From the NCBI GenBank assembly GCA_050950105.1, contig JBMNGZ010000008.1:22167-86166 (forward strand): a stretch of DNA of 64,000 nucleotides, read 5' to 3'. Shown here piece after piece: positions 23,829-33,099 of this stretch (positions are counted from its first letter, which is position 1; each line of letters opens with the position of its first letter). The stretch is from Candidatus Hydrogenedentales bacterium (GTDB lineage Bacteria > Hydrogenedentota > Hydrogenedentia > Hydrogenedentales > SLHB01). Both the position numbers and the translations under genes were made by a program. The notes under the pieces are model-generated. The model did not search any database and was not told where the DNA came from. It saw nothing but the letters and a program-made list of their open reading frames with translations.

Positions 23829-25550
23829 TCAGATCATAACCTCGCGTTTGGCGTAGTGTGTGTGGAGCAGTTGGTGGCTCTTTTCGCCGAGCGGCTCGCC
23901 CAGAAACTCTTCGTAGAGCCGTTGGATCGCCGGATTTCCGTGCGAGGTGCGCACGGGCTCGTCCCGGTCGATCGTATACAGCGCCTGCATCCGCGCCCGG
24001 ATGGCGTCCGGGTCTGCGTTGAGCGGTTGCCCGCCGCCCGCGATGCAGCCGCCGGGGCAGGTCATCACTTCGATGAAATGAATGTCGTCGCGCCCGTTGC
24101 GAATTTCTTCCAGCAAGAGCCGCGCGTTCTGCAGGCCACTGACTACCGCTACGCCAATCGGGATGCCGTTAATCTCAAGTTTGGCCTCTTTGCGCCCCTC
24201 GAACCCTCGGATCGCTTCCACTTTGAGGCCGGGCAGTTCCTCGCCGGTCAGCAGGTAGTGTGCCGTGCGGATCGCCGCTTCCATCACCCCGCCGCTCGCG
24301 CCGAAAATCTTGCCCGCCGTGCTGCGCTCGCCAAACGGCGTATCGGCGTGTTCGGGGGCCAGCGATTGCATGTCCATGCCGCGCATGCGTATGACCCGCG
24401 CCAGTTCCCGCGTGGTCAGGACCGCGTCGACATCGGGCCTGCCGTCCCGGGAATGTTCCGGCCGTCCCGCTTCGAATTTCTTGGCCACACAGGGCATGAT
24501 CGCCACACTGAAGATATCCTCTGGAGCGATACCTTCCCGCTCCGCGAAAAACGACTTGATCACCGCTCCCATCATCTGCTGCGGGCTCTTGCAGGTCGAG
24601 AGGTTGTCGATCATTTCCGGGTAGAACTCTTCCACAAATTTGATCCAGCCCGGCGAACAACTGGTCATCATGGGAAGTTTTCCGCCGGTGCGGATGCGAT
24701 GAGCCAGTTCCGAGGCCTCTTCCATGATCGTCAGGTCCGCCGAAAACGACGTGTCGAACACCTGGTCAAAACCGAGTCTGCGCAACGCCGCCACCAGCAT
24801 GCCGTCTACGTCCGCGCCCGGTTTCAGACCGAATTCCTCGCCCAGGGTCACCGACACGCTCGGCGCGTGCTGCACCACCACGAGCTTCGTGGGGTCTGCG
24901 ATGGCATTCAGCACTTCCTTGATATAACTCTGCTCGCGCAGCGCGCCTGTCGGGCACACCATGATGCACTGGCCGCAGTTGATGCAGCTCGAAACGTTGA
25001 GCCCTTCGCTGAACGCCGTTCCGATCACGGTCTGGCTGCCGCGGCCCACAAAATCGATGGCCGAGACTCCCTGCACTTCCTCACACACGCGCACGCATTT
25101 CCCGCAGAGGATGCATTTGGCGGGCTCGCGTACGATGGCGGGGTTCGACGAATCCACATGGTATTCATTCTTGCCGCCCGAGTAGCGCCGTTCACGCACG
25201 CCCAGCTCATTGGCCAGACCCTGCAGGTCGCAATGGCCGCTGCGCACGCAATACAGGCAATCGTCGGGGTGGTTCGCGAGCAGCAGCTCGATGATCGTCT
25301 TGCGCGCTCGCAACGCCCGGGGCGAATGCGTCTGGACCCGCATCCCGTCCCGTACCGGGTAGGCGCAGCTCGGCACCAGCGCCCGCTCGCCCTCCACCTC
25401 AACCGCGCACATGCGGCAGGCGCCCGTCGGGAACAGGTTGTCCATGTTACACAAGGTCGGCACCGTAATGCCGTTCCGTTTCAGCGCATCCAGCAGCATC
25501 TCGCCGCTTTTCGCCTCAATCTTCCGGTTATTGACTTCGATGCTAAGCAT
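23829..25550 (-). CDS. hydA: [FeFe]-hydrogenase catalytic subunit HydA (NuoG-like N-terminal FeS domains + H-cluster domain)
   Basis: The start is at MLSIEVNN (GAGGAA Shine-Dalgarno; the upstream in-frame ATG at 25577 overlaps the hydB stop region). It has a 2Fe-2S site (CNMDNLFPTGACRMC), a His-ligated cluster (HPDDCLYCVRSGHC) and 2x CxxCxxCxxxCP motifs. H-cluster motifs L2 (MPCVAKKFE) and L3 (EVMTCPGGCIAGGGQP) are canonical, while L1 is MMTSCSPGW (a Ser where the second Cys is expected). Confidence 0.85.
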   Translation of the reverse strand: MLSIEVNNRKIEAKSGEMLLDALKRNGITVPTLCNMDNLFPTGACRMCAVEVEGERALVPSCAYPVRDGMRVQTHSPRALRARKTIIELLLANHPDDCLYCVRSGHCDLQGLANELGVRERRYSGGKNEYHVDSSNPAIVREPAKCILCGKCVRVCEEVQGVSAIDFVGRGSQTVIGTAFSEGLNVSSCINCGQCIMVCPTGALREQSYIKEVLNAIADPTKLVVVQHAPSVSVTLGEEFGLKPGADVDGMLVAALRRLGFDQVFDTSFSADLTIMEEASELAHRIRTGGKLPMMTSCSPGWIKFVEEFYPEMIDNLSTCKSPQQMMGAVIKSFFAEREGIAPEDIFSVAIMPCVAKKFEAGRPEHSRDGRPDVDAVLTTRELARVIRMRGMDMQSLAPEHADTPFGERSTAGKIFGASGGVMEAAIRTAHYLLTGEELPGLKVEAIRGFEGRKEAKLEINGIPIGVAVVSGLQNARLLLEEIRNGRDDIHFIEVMTCPGGCIAGGGQPLNADPDAIRARMQALYTIDRDEPVRTSHGNPAIQRLYEEFLGEPLGEKSHQLLHTHYAKREVMI

Positions 25551-25580
25551 TGCCGTTCCTCGTTCGAGCGCGTCCACGCG

Positions 25581-27656
25581 CTATTGTTTGCCCATGCGGT
25601 AAAGCGCCGCGCCTTCATGCCAGTCTTCGAAAGCGTCCGATGCAAACACGCTCAAGGCCTGCTCACTCTCGCGGCGTTCACGGTCGATCTCTTCCGCGCC
25701 CGGAATCCGAAGCCGTGCGGCGTGTATCGGGCACACGTCCACACAGGTCCCGCAACCGATGCACTTGTCCTCAATGATGTAATGCACTTTTTTCGGCACG
25801 CCCACGATCGCCCCGTCCACGGGGCAACGCTGCGCGCAGAGGGTGCAGCCGTCGCACAATTCCACGTCGATCTCGAAGGAGCGCAGCTCCTGGCAGACCC
25901 CCGCGGGGCAGCGCCGCTCGTAGATGTGGGCCTCATATTCGTCGCGGAACCAGTGCAGTGTGCTCAATACCGGGTTCGGGGCCGTCTGGCCCAGGCCGCA
26001 GAGGCTCGTGTCGCGAATGACCTCGGCCGTCCGATTGAGCATCATGACGCCTTTGAAGCGTTCGAGCGCCTGGAATTTCGATTCGCTTTTGCGGCCCCGC
26101 GTGATGCGTTCGAGTATCTGGAGCATACGCAGCGTGCCTTCCCGGCAGGGGATGCATTTTCCGCAGCTTTCCCGCTGGATGAACTCCATGAAGAACTTGG
26201 CCACGTCGACCATGCACGTGTCTTCGTCCATCACGACCAGGCCGCCGGAACCCATCATCGCGCCCACGGTCTTCAGCGATTCGTAATCGATGGCGATGTC
26301 CAGATGCTGGTCGGGGATGCACCCGCCGGAGGGACCGCCGATCTGCACCGCCTTGAATTTCTTTCCGCCCGGGATCCCGCCGCCGATATCAAACAAGACC
26401 TGGCGCAGCCGGGTGCCCATCGCCACTTCGACCAGGCCGGTCAGCGCGATCTTGCCGGAGAGCGCAAACACCTTGGTGCCTTTGCTCGTCTCCGTGCCTA
26501 TCGCCGCGAACGCTTCCGCTCCTTTTTCCGCAATCCGCGGGACATTCGCCAGGGTCTCCACGTTGTTGATGATCGTCGGTTTATCAAAGAGGCCCCGGAC
26601 GGCCGGAAACGGCGGGCGGGGACGAGGCATGCCCCGTTTCCCTTCGATGCTGTTGATCAATGCGGTCTCTTCGCCGCATACGAAGGCGCCCGCGCCCATC
26701 TTGATCACGATCTCGAGGCTGAACCCGCTGTCCTGAACGTTGTCGCCGAGGAAACCGCAGTCTTTCGCCTCGGCAATGGCGTGCTGGAGCCGTTTGATGG
26801 CCAGCGGATACTCGGCCCGGATATAAATGTAAGCCTTGCTTGCGCCGATGGCGTACGCCGCAATGGCCATGCCTTCCAAGAGCCGGTGCGGGTCGCCTTC
26901 AATCACCGCCCGGTCCATGAACGCACCCGGATCGCCTTCGTCCGCGTTGCAGACCAGATACTTGCGGTCGCTGGTCGTGCTCAGCGCGAATTTCCATTTT
27001 TTGCCCGCTGGAAACCCGCCGCCGCCCCGGCCGCGCAGCCCGCTCTGTTCAACCAGGTCGCAGACCTCGGCCGGCGTCATGGTATGAATGACTTTCGTCA
27101 GAGCCCGGTAGCCGCCGCTCGCGACATATTCTCCCAGACTCGATGGATTGATGATCCCGCAGTTCTTCAGCACCCAGCGCGTCTGCGGCGCGAAGAAAGG
27201 ATGTTCCGAAAGCCGGTCAACGTTATGCCAGGGCGCCACGCCCGGCGTGGTGAACTGGCCCAATACCATGTCCGTGGGGATCGTCTCCGACAGCACGCTT
27301 TCCAGTAAAGGCTTGACCTTGTCTTCCGTCACGTGTTTGAACGAGACGCGCGGCTTGCCCGGCAGCTGAATGTCCACCAGGGGCTCTTCGGCGCACAACC
27401 CGATGCACCCCACTTCGACAATCTCGGCGTCAATGTTGCGCAGGCGCAAGAACGCCCGGATCGCATTGAGCGACTTGCCTGCGCCCGCGCCCAGGCCACA
27501 GGTGCCCGCGCCCACGTAGATCGTCGGGCGCTCCGTCCGTTCGCGGCGCAGCAGCCGCAGTTGTTCTTCATAGTCCGCACGCACGGCCTCATCGAGGTCC
27601 GGCGTGAGACCGCATGCATAGTTTAATAAACCGTTCAGGCTGGCCGGCGGTTTCAT
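25581..27656 (-). CDS. hydB: NADH-binding hydrogenase subunit HydB (NuoF-like flavoprotein with thioredoxin-like [2Fe-2S] and C-terminal 2x[4Fe-4S])
   Basis: The start at ATG 27656 is preceded by AAGGAAA, which overlaps the hydC stop. It has the NADH/FMN motifs GRGGGGFPAGKKW and ESCGKCIPCREG, and the C-terminal clusters CDGCTLCAQRCP and CIGCGTCVDVCP. Confidence 0.9.
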   Translation of the reverse strand: MKPPASLNGLLNYACGLTPDLDEAVRADYEEQLRLLRRERTERPTIYVGAGTCGLGAGAGKSLNAIRAFLRLRNIDAEIVEVGCIGLCAEEPLVDIQLPGKPRVSFKHVTEDKVKPLLESVLSETIPTDMVLGQFTTPGVAPWHNVDRLSEHPFFAPQTRWVLKNCGIINPSSLGEYVASGGYRALTKVIHTMTPAEVCDLVEQSGLRGRGGGGFPAGKKWKFALSTTSDRKYLVCNADEGDPGAFMDRAVIEGDPHRLLEGMAIAAYAIGASKAYIYIRAEYPLAIKRLQHAIAEAKDCGFLGDNVQDSGFSLEIVIKMGAGAFVCGEETALINSIEGKRGMPRPRPPFPAVRGLFDKPTIINNVETLANVPRIAEKGAEAFAAIGTETSKGTKVFALSGKIALTGLVEVAMGTRLRQVLFDIGGGIPGGKKFKAVQIGGPSGGCIPDQHLDIAIDYESLKTVGAMMGSGGLVVMDEDTCMVDVAKFFMEFIQRESCGKCIPCREGTLRMLQILERITRGRKSESKFQALERFKGVMMLNRTAEVIRDTSLCGLGQTAPNPVLSTLHWFRDEYEAHIYERRCPAGVCQELRSFEIDVELCDGCTLCAQRCPVDGAIVGVPKKVHYIIEDKCIGCGTCVDVCPIHAARLRIPGAEEIDRERRESEQALSVFASDAFEDWHEGAALYRMGKQ

Positions 27657-27669
27657 CGCTGTGGTTTCC

Positions 27670-28170
27670 TTATTCATCGGTTTCGACCTCTTCGCGGAGT
27701 TCATCCAAAATGTCACGGACCTTTTGAGGGGTCAGATTTGCGTAAAACTCGCCGTTGATGCTGATCACGGGCGCCAGACCGCAGGCGCCGATGCATGCCA
27801 CAACTTCCAGGCTGAACAGGCCGTCGCGCGTCGTTTTGCCGGGTTCAAGCGCCAGATCCTGCCGGATCGCGTCCAGGACCCCCAGCGAGCCCTTTACGTG
27901 GCACGCCGTGCCACGGCAGACTTGAATGTGATAACGCCCGAGCGGCTGAAAACGGAACTGGTTATAGAAGGTCGCCACACCGTAGATCTTGCTTGCCGGA
28001 AGCTGAAGATGTTCGCCGATACGCGCGATCGCTTCCCGTGACAGGTAGCCGTGTGTCTCCTGAACGTCCTGAAGCAGGGGGATCAGGGCATCTCGCCCCG
28101 CACCCGCGTGCCGCTCAAGAATCTCCCCAATATCCGGCTGCACGGCCGGCTGTCCCGTAATGGTGCTCAT
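27670..28170 (-). CDS. hydC: hydrogenase [2Fe-2S] subunit HydC (NuoE-like)
   Basis: Shows CRGTACHVKGS...CIGACGLAPV, a thioredoxin-like 2Fe-2S ferredoxin signature. It overlaps the rex stop by 4 nt. Confidence 0.85.
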   Translation of the reverse strand: MSTITGQPAVQPDIGEILERHAGAGRDALIPLLQDVQETHGYLSREAIARIGEHLQLPASKIYGVATFYNQFRFQPLGRYHIQVCRGTACHVKGSLGVLDAIRQDLALEPGKTTRDGLFSLEVVACIGACGLAPVISINGEFYANLTPQKVRDILDELREEVETDE

Positions 28171-28805
28171 GACATGGTTTCCTTCTGCGACGCCCGAAGG
28201 CCCGCAAAAAACGCGACCTTCTCCAGCGCCATACTCAAATCCAGGTTCTCAATGTATACATGCGGCGGAACCCAGAGGTGCGTGGGGGCAAAATTCAGCA
28301 GGCCCGACACCCCCGCACGGCAAAGACGCCGCGCGGTGTCCTGGGCCACGGCCGACGGCACTGCGATGATGCCCACCCGGATCCCTTCCGATTCCACAAC
28401 CTCTTCCAACTGCGGCATCGGATAACACCGGCACCCGTGAATCACCCGGTTCACTTTCGTCTTGTCGTTGTCGAAAGCCGCGACCAGAGGGATACGCGGA
28501 TTGCGCCGCGGCGAAAACGCCATCAGCGCGCGACCCAGGTTGCCGATGCCCACCAACGCCACTTTCTGCGCGTCGGAATGAAACAAAAAGTCGTTGATGC
28601 TTCCCGCCAGAGCCGCTACGTCGTAGCCGCGAACCGGGCTCCCGGTGTAGCCCGTGGCCATCACGTCCCGACGGACCTGCGCCGCCGTGCATCCCGACCG
28701 CGCGGCCAGCTCATGTGAAAACACATGCTGCTGCCCGGCGTCCTGCATCGCCAGCAGGACCCGCCGGTACACACTGAGCCGGGCCACGGTTTTATCGGAA
28801 ATCAC
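28167..28805 (-). CDS. rex: redox-sensing transcriptional repressor Rex
   Basis: The N-terminal winged helix (TVARLSVYRRVLL) and a Rossmann-type NADH-binding domain (VALVGIGNLGRALM) are present. I place the start at GTG 28805 (GAGGAA Shine-Dalgarno 5 nt upstream) rather than ATG 28844, because ATG 28844 lies inside a Rex operator. Confidence 0.8.
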   Translation of the reverse strand: MISDKTVARLSVYRRVLLAMQDAGQQHVFSHELAARSGCTAAQVRRDVMATGYTGSPVRGYDVAALAGSINDFLFHSDAQKVALVGIGNLGRALMAFSPRRNPRIPLVAAFDNDKTKVNRVIHGCRCYPMPQLEEVVESEGIRVGIIAVPSAVAQDTARRLCRAGVSGLLNFAPTHLWVPPHVYIENLDLSMALEKVAFFAGLRASQKETMS

Positions 28806-28833
28806 GGCAATTCCTCGCGGTTTACGGTAGAAC

Positions 28834-28866
28834 TGTGAAGACATTCACGCTGTGATTCGTTTCACA
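28834..28866. promoter_or_regulatory. two tandem Rex operator sites (TGTGAAGACATTCACG and TGTGATTCGTTTCACA)
   Basis: Both match the TTGTGAA-N4-TTCACAA Rex consensus (the second with one mismatch). They are separated by 1 nt and sit 30-60 nt upstream of the proposed rex GTG start, at the head of the rex-hydCBA-sensor operon. Confidence 0.6.
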
Positions 28867-29100
28867 GGGACTATACCACCCGAAGTGGCCTCATGTCAAG
28901 AGAAATCGTGATGCTTTATCACGATTCGACGGCTGCCTCTACGCGCTTACGGCCCTTCGATATAAGGGAGGCTTGCACTTCCGTTGCAGATCGTGCATGC
29001 TGAATCCTGCGCGAATAGCGCATCCGCGGGTTAAATGCGTGTTGATCTGCGTCTTTTTTGGGGCTCTGAGGCGCTGTGCCGGCCAAATGGAGGAGAAACC

Positions 29101-30420
29101 GTGCGTATTTTCACGATTAGCGTGTCTGTCCTGGGAGTGCTTTCCGCCGTGGTGGCCTGGTCCGCGGAGCTGGAATTCGCGGGCAACTGGGCGAATGAGG
29201 CGGCGGTGGCGGAGCTGGCCGCCGGCACCCGTACGGAGGCCAATGCCGCCTGGTGGGGATTTGACCCCGAGGATGCGACCGCCGCCGTGCAGGCCGCGAT
29301 CGATTCCAATGCCCCGCGCGTCCGCATCCCGTACCTGGGCCGCCCCTGGATCGTCACGCCCATCCGCCTTCGGGGCAACCTGGAACTGCATTTCGAGCCG
29401 GGTGTGGTGGTTCTCGCAAAAGGAGGCCAGTTCAAAGGCAAGAGCGACAGCCTCTTCACCGCGGCGAACGCGGCCAACATTACGTTGCGCGGATACGGGG
29501 CGACCTTGCGTATGCCCAAAGCCGATTACCAGAGCGATGCCTATGAAAAGGCCGAATGGCGGATGAGCCTTGCTTTTCGCGGCTGCCGGAACATCCGGGT
29601 CGAGGGCCTTCGTCTTGAAGGCAGCGGGGGAGACGGCATCTACCTGGGGGCGACCCAGGAGCTTGCCTGGTGCGAGGATGTCGTCGTTCGCGACGTGATC
29701 TGCCACGACCATCACCGCCAGGGCATCAGCGTCATCGGAGCGGTGAATCTGCTTATCGAGAATACCGTGATGACCGATACCCGCGGGACAGCCCCCGCTG
29801 CGGGCATCGATTTCGAGCCCAACCATCCCCGCGAAAAGCTGGTCAACTGCCTGGTACGGAATTGTGTTTTCTCCGGCAATCAGGGCGCCGGTATACTCCT
29901 GTATCTCAAAAATCTCGACGCCAACAGCAGCCCTGTGTCTCTGACCTTTGAGGATTGCTACATCGGCGCCGGCAACAGTTCCGGTATCACGATAGGCGCA
30001 GTAAACGATCAGGGACCCGGCGGGCATGTCGAGTTCCGCAATTGCGCCGTCGAAGGCTCGCTCCGGCACGGCCTGCGCATTTACGACAAGGCCGCGTCAA
30101 GCGTGGGGGTCCACTTCATGAACTGCCATTGGAGTGCTTCCTGGTCGCAGGCTCCCAAACAGACCGATGCCCCCCGGTCTCCCCTGGAGATCGAGCTTCG
30201 CCGGCAGGAGATCACCCGCGAGCAAGGCGGCGTGACCTTTGATGCCTGCTATGTCTATGACAGCGTCGACCAGCCCGTGCTTGCCATCCGTGAAAACGAG
30301 ACTGAATTCGGCGCGCGCCATGTGTCCGGCACGCTGTTTGTTGCCTCTCCCCATGCCCCGCGCATGGATCCCGGACCCAACCCGAAAGGCGTGAACGTCG
30401 AGCTAATCCAGATCCCCTGA
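29101..30420 (+). CDS. secreted right-handed parallel beta-helix repeat protein (pectate-lyase-fold; putative glycan-active enzyme)
   Basis: The GTG start at 29101 is preceded by GGAGGAG and followed by a signal peptide (RIFTISVSVLGVLSAVVAWSAE). Repeated NxxxxN/GxGIxL-type beta-helix rungs appear (NCVFSGNQGAGILLY, GAGNSSGITIGA). Confidence 0.5.
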   Translation: MRIFTISVSVLGVLSAVVAWSAELEFAGNWANEAAVAELAAGTRTEANAAWWGFDPEDATAAVQAAIDSNAPRVRIPYLGRPWIVTPIRLRGNLELHFEPGVVVLAKGGQFKGKSDSLFTAANAANITLRGYGATLRMPKADYQSDAYEKAEWRMSLAFRGCRNIRVEGLRLEGSGGDGIYLGATQELAWCEDVVVRDVICHDHHRQGISVIGAVNLLIENTVMTDTRGTAPAAGIDFEPNHPREKLVNCLVRNCVFSGNQGAGILLYLKNLDANSSPVSLTFEDCYIGAGNSSGITIGAVNDQGPGGHVEFRNCAVEGSLRHGLRIYDKAASSVGVHFMNCHWSASWSQAPKQTDAPRSPLEIELRRQEITREQGGVTFDACYVYDSVDQPVLAIRENETEFGARHVSGTLFVASPHAPRMDPGPNPKGVNVELIQIP

Positions 30421-30649
30421 CGTTCCGGATCCAGGCGCACCTGGCCCGGGCGAAGCGGTGAGAGACCGAGTTGCCGGGTGTCGGGTTTGCATATGACAGG
30501 CACGAAGCACATATACTAATATTCTGCAAGACGCAGTAGAGTTCATGAAGTGCCTGCAACCGGCCGTATTCATTTCTGTCTGGTTGCGCGCCGTGCGCCA
30601 AAAAAGTGGCAGGAATTCCCTGTTTGGTCCGGCATGCGGAGGAAAATGA

Positions 30650-31402
30650 GTGATTCATGCAGGTGACGGACTGACGCCGAAACAGCGCGAGATCCGGGAG
30701 CGGGAGGAACAGATTCTTGAGACCGCCCGCCAGATGTTTTTCGAAAAGGGATACTACAACCTGACCATGGGCAAAATTGCCAAGCGGGTCAACTGTGCCA
30801 AAGGCACCGTATATCTTCATTTTCCAAGCAAGGAAGACATCATCGTCGCGCTGGCCGAACGGGCGCACGAACGGCGCTATGCCATGCTCCAGCGCGCCAT
30901 GGGGTTCCAGGGATACAACCGGGAACGTCTGCTGGCGTTCTGCCTGGCGGGCGAGTATTACGCGCGTCTCAACCCGGGCGACATGCAGATCATGAAGACC
31001 ATCACCCGTTCGTTCCGCGAAAAGATCTCGGCCGAGCGGGCAGCCTGCTTTGAAAAACTGGAGCAACGCATTATCAATTATCTGATGCGCATGGTGCATC
31101 AGGCCGTGACCGACGGAGATCTGGTGCTCCGCCCAGGCAGCACGGTGGGTAGAATCGTATGGGCCTTGTGGGCCCTGGCGGAGGGCGGCTACGGCATCGT
31201 TCTCAGCGGCGTGTCTCTGGAAGCCCTCGGCATCGAAGATCCCTGGGGGATGATCGCATCGTTTGCGGGAAAAATGGCGGACAGCCTGGGATGGAAACCG
31301 CTGTCTTCCGAATGGGATTACGATGCGTCCATTAAACGCATCCAGCGGGAGGTGTTCGCCGACGAGGCCCGGCAACTTGGGGAATTTCCTGGTGACGCCT
31401 AG
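30650..31402 (+). CDS. TetR/AcrR-family transcriptional regulator
   Basis: Shows the N-terminal HTH (LTMGKIAKRVNCAKGTVYLHFPSKEDI) and an all-helical C-terminal ligand domain. The GTG start follows GGAGGA. Confidence 0.7.
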   Translation: MIHAGDGLTPKQREIREREEQILETARQMFFEKGYYNLTMGKIAKRVNCAKGTVYLHFPSKEDIIVALAERAHERRYAMLQRAMGFQGYNRERLLAFCLAGEYYARLNPGDMQIMKTITRSFREKISAERAACFEKLEQRIINYLMRMVHQAVTDGDLVLRPGSTVGRIVWALWALAEGGYGIVLSGVSLEALGIEDPWGMIASFAGKMADSLGWKPLSSEWDYDASIKRIQREVFADEARQLGEFPGDA

Positions 31403-31501
31403 AGCACTGCCGGGATGACCGGCCCCATTCACGGCGCATGGCCTCCGCCTTGCAGTTCCGTGGGCTCCTCTCCTACCATGGCGGGGGAGGACTACGCCGT
31501 T

Positions 31502-32959
31502 ATGAATCAGCCGCGAAGAGACCCGAGGACAACCGTTAGCCGGCGCCATTTTCTGGCGGGCACGGCGGCCGGCGTTGCGCTGGCCCATACCGCGCGCCCG
31601 GGCACCGACTCTCCGGTATCGAAGCCCAACGTCGTTTTCGTTTTTGCTGACCAGTGGCGCGCCCAGGCCACCCCTTTCAACAACGACCCGAATGTGCAGG
31701 CTCCGTACCTCGCCCGGCTGGCCGCCGAAAGCGTGAACTTCACCCGCGCCGTGTCGGGCTGCCCCGTCTGCACGCCGTACCGCGCCAGTCTGATGACCGG
31801 CCAGACGCCCCTGACCAACGGCGTGTTCATGAACGACGTGCCCTTACCCGACCAGGCCGTCACCATCGGGAAAGTGTTCAAAAACGCCGGTTATGATACG
31901 GCCTATATCGGCAAATGGCATCTCGACGGACGCGGCCGTTCGAGCTATATCCCTCCGGAACGCCGACAGGGATGGGACTACTGGAAGGTGCTCGAATGCA
32001 CCCACGACTACAATCATTCCGCCTACTATGCCGATGAAGACGAGAAACTGCAGTGGGACGGATACGACGCCCTTGCCCAGACCCGCGACGCCCAGCAGTA
32101 CATTCACGCGCATGCGCGGACAGAGAAACCGTTCGTGCTCTTTCTCTCCTGGGGACCACCCCACGCGCCCTACCAGACGGCCCCGGAGCCCTACCGTCAG
32201 CGATTCCGTCCCGAAGACCTCGTGCTGAGGCCCAATGTATCGCCAGAGGCGCAGGAACAAGCCCGCAGCGACCTCGCCGGATACTACGCGCACATCGCCG
32301 CGCTCGACGACTGCCTGGCCGCGCTCGATCAAACCCTCGCCGAGGCCGGCATTGCCGAGAACACCGTCTTTGTGTTCACCTCCGACCACGGCGATATGCT
32401 GGGCTGCCAAGGCCGCTGGAAGAAGCAGTGGCCTTTCGAGGAATCGATTCGTGTGCCCTTCCTGCTGCGGTATCCCGCCGCGTTCGGGCGGCTGGGCCGC
32501 CAGCTGGATGCCCCGATCGATGCACCCGATATCATGCCCACCCTGCTCGGCCTCTGCGGCATTCCCGTGCCCGAGAGCGTCGAAGGGCTTGATTTCTCCG
32601 GGTACATCGGCGGCGGACCCAATCCCGGCGACGGAACCGCCATCATCATGTGTCCTCAGCCGTTCGGGCAGGTCTCGCGCAAACACGGCGGCCGTGAATA
32701 CCGCGGCATCGTTGACGGCCAATACAGCTACGTGCGCGATCTCAACGGTCCCTGGCTCCTCTACGACAACGCAAGCGACCCCTATCAGCTCCAGAATCGC
32801 TGCAACGACTCCGAGATGGCGGAGATCCAGGCGAAGCTGGACGCGCAGTTGTCCGCCCGCCTCGCGCAACGCAACGACGAGTTCCTCCCCGGCCGCGCCT
32901 ACATCGAACGGTTCGGCTACACGGTCGATGACACGGAGACGGTGCCCTACAAGCCTTGA
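31502..32959 (+). CDS. sulfatase (formylglycine-dependent arylsulfatase family), TAT-secreted
   Basis: Shows a twin-arginine signal (SRRHFLAGTAAGVALA), the sulfatase signature C-x-P-x-R (CTPYRASLMTG), and GKWHL and DHGD motifs. Confidence 0.8.
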   Translation: MNQPRRDPRTTVSRRHFLAGTAAGVALAHTARPGTDSPVSKPNVVFVFADQWRAQATPFNNDPNVQAPYLARLAAESVNFTRAVSGCPVCTPYRASLMTGQTPLTNGVFMNDVPLPDQAVTIGKVFKNAGYDTAYIGKWHLDGRGRSSYIPPERRQGWDYWKVLECTHDYNHSAYYADEDEKLQWDGYDALAQTRDAQQYIHAHARTEKPFVLFLSWGPPHAPYQTAPEPYRQRFRPEDLVLRPNVSPEAQEQARSDLAGYYAHIAALDDCLAALDQTLAEAGIAENTVFVFTSDHGDMLGCQGRWKKQWPFEESIRVPFLLRYPAAFGRLGRQLDAPIDAPDIMPTLLGLCGIPVPESVEGLDFSGYIGGGPNPGDGTAIIMCPQPFGQVSRKHGGREYRGIVDGQYSYVRDLNGPWLLYDNASDPYQLQNRCNDSEMAEIQAKLDAQLSARLAQRNDEFLPGRAYIERFGYTVDDTETVPYKP

Positions 32960-33099
32960 GGCCCGGCGCCACCGTCGACAGCCTGTCGTTCCGTCCGTTG
33001 AGTGTCGTCCGTTGAGCTGCCCAGGGAGTCTGTTCGTGCTATCATGCGCGGCGGCGCGACCGGCAACAGGACGCGCATGAGATACAGGGGAGACGCGCC

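Noticed and set aside
23808-27308. 1166-aa plus-strand ORF spanning hydA and hydB
   Set aside because: It lies antisense to two clearly conserved FeS and flavoprotein hydrogenase subunits. Its translation is R/A/H-rich with no motifs.
30212-31588. 458-aa minus-strand ORF overlapping the TetR and sulfatase 5' end
   Set aside because: It overlaps two plus-strand genes that each have good starts and family motifs. The translation has no motifs.
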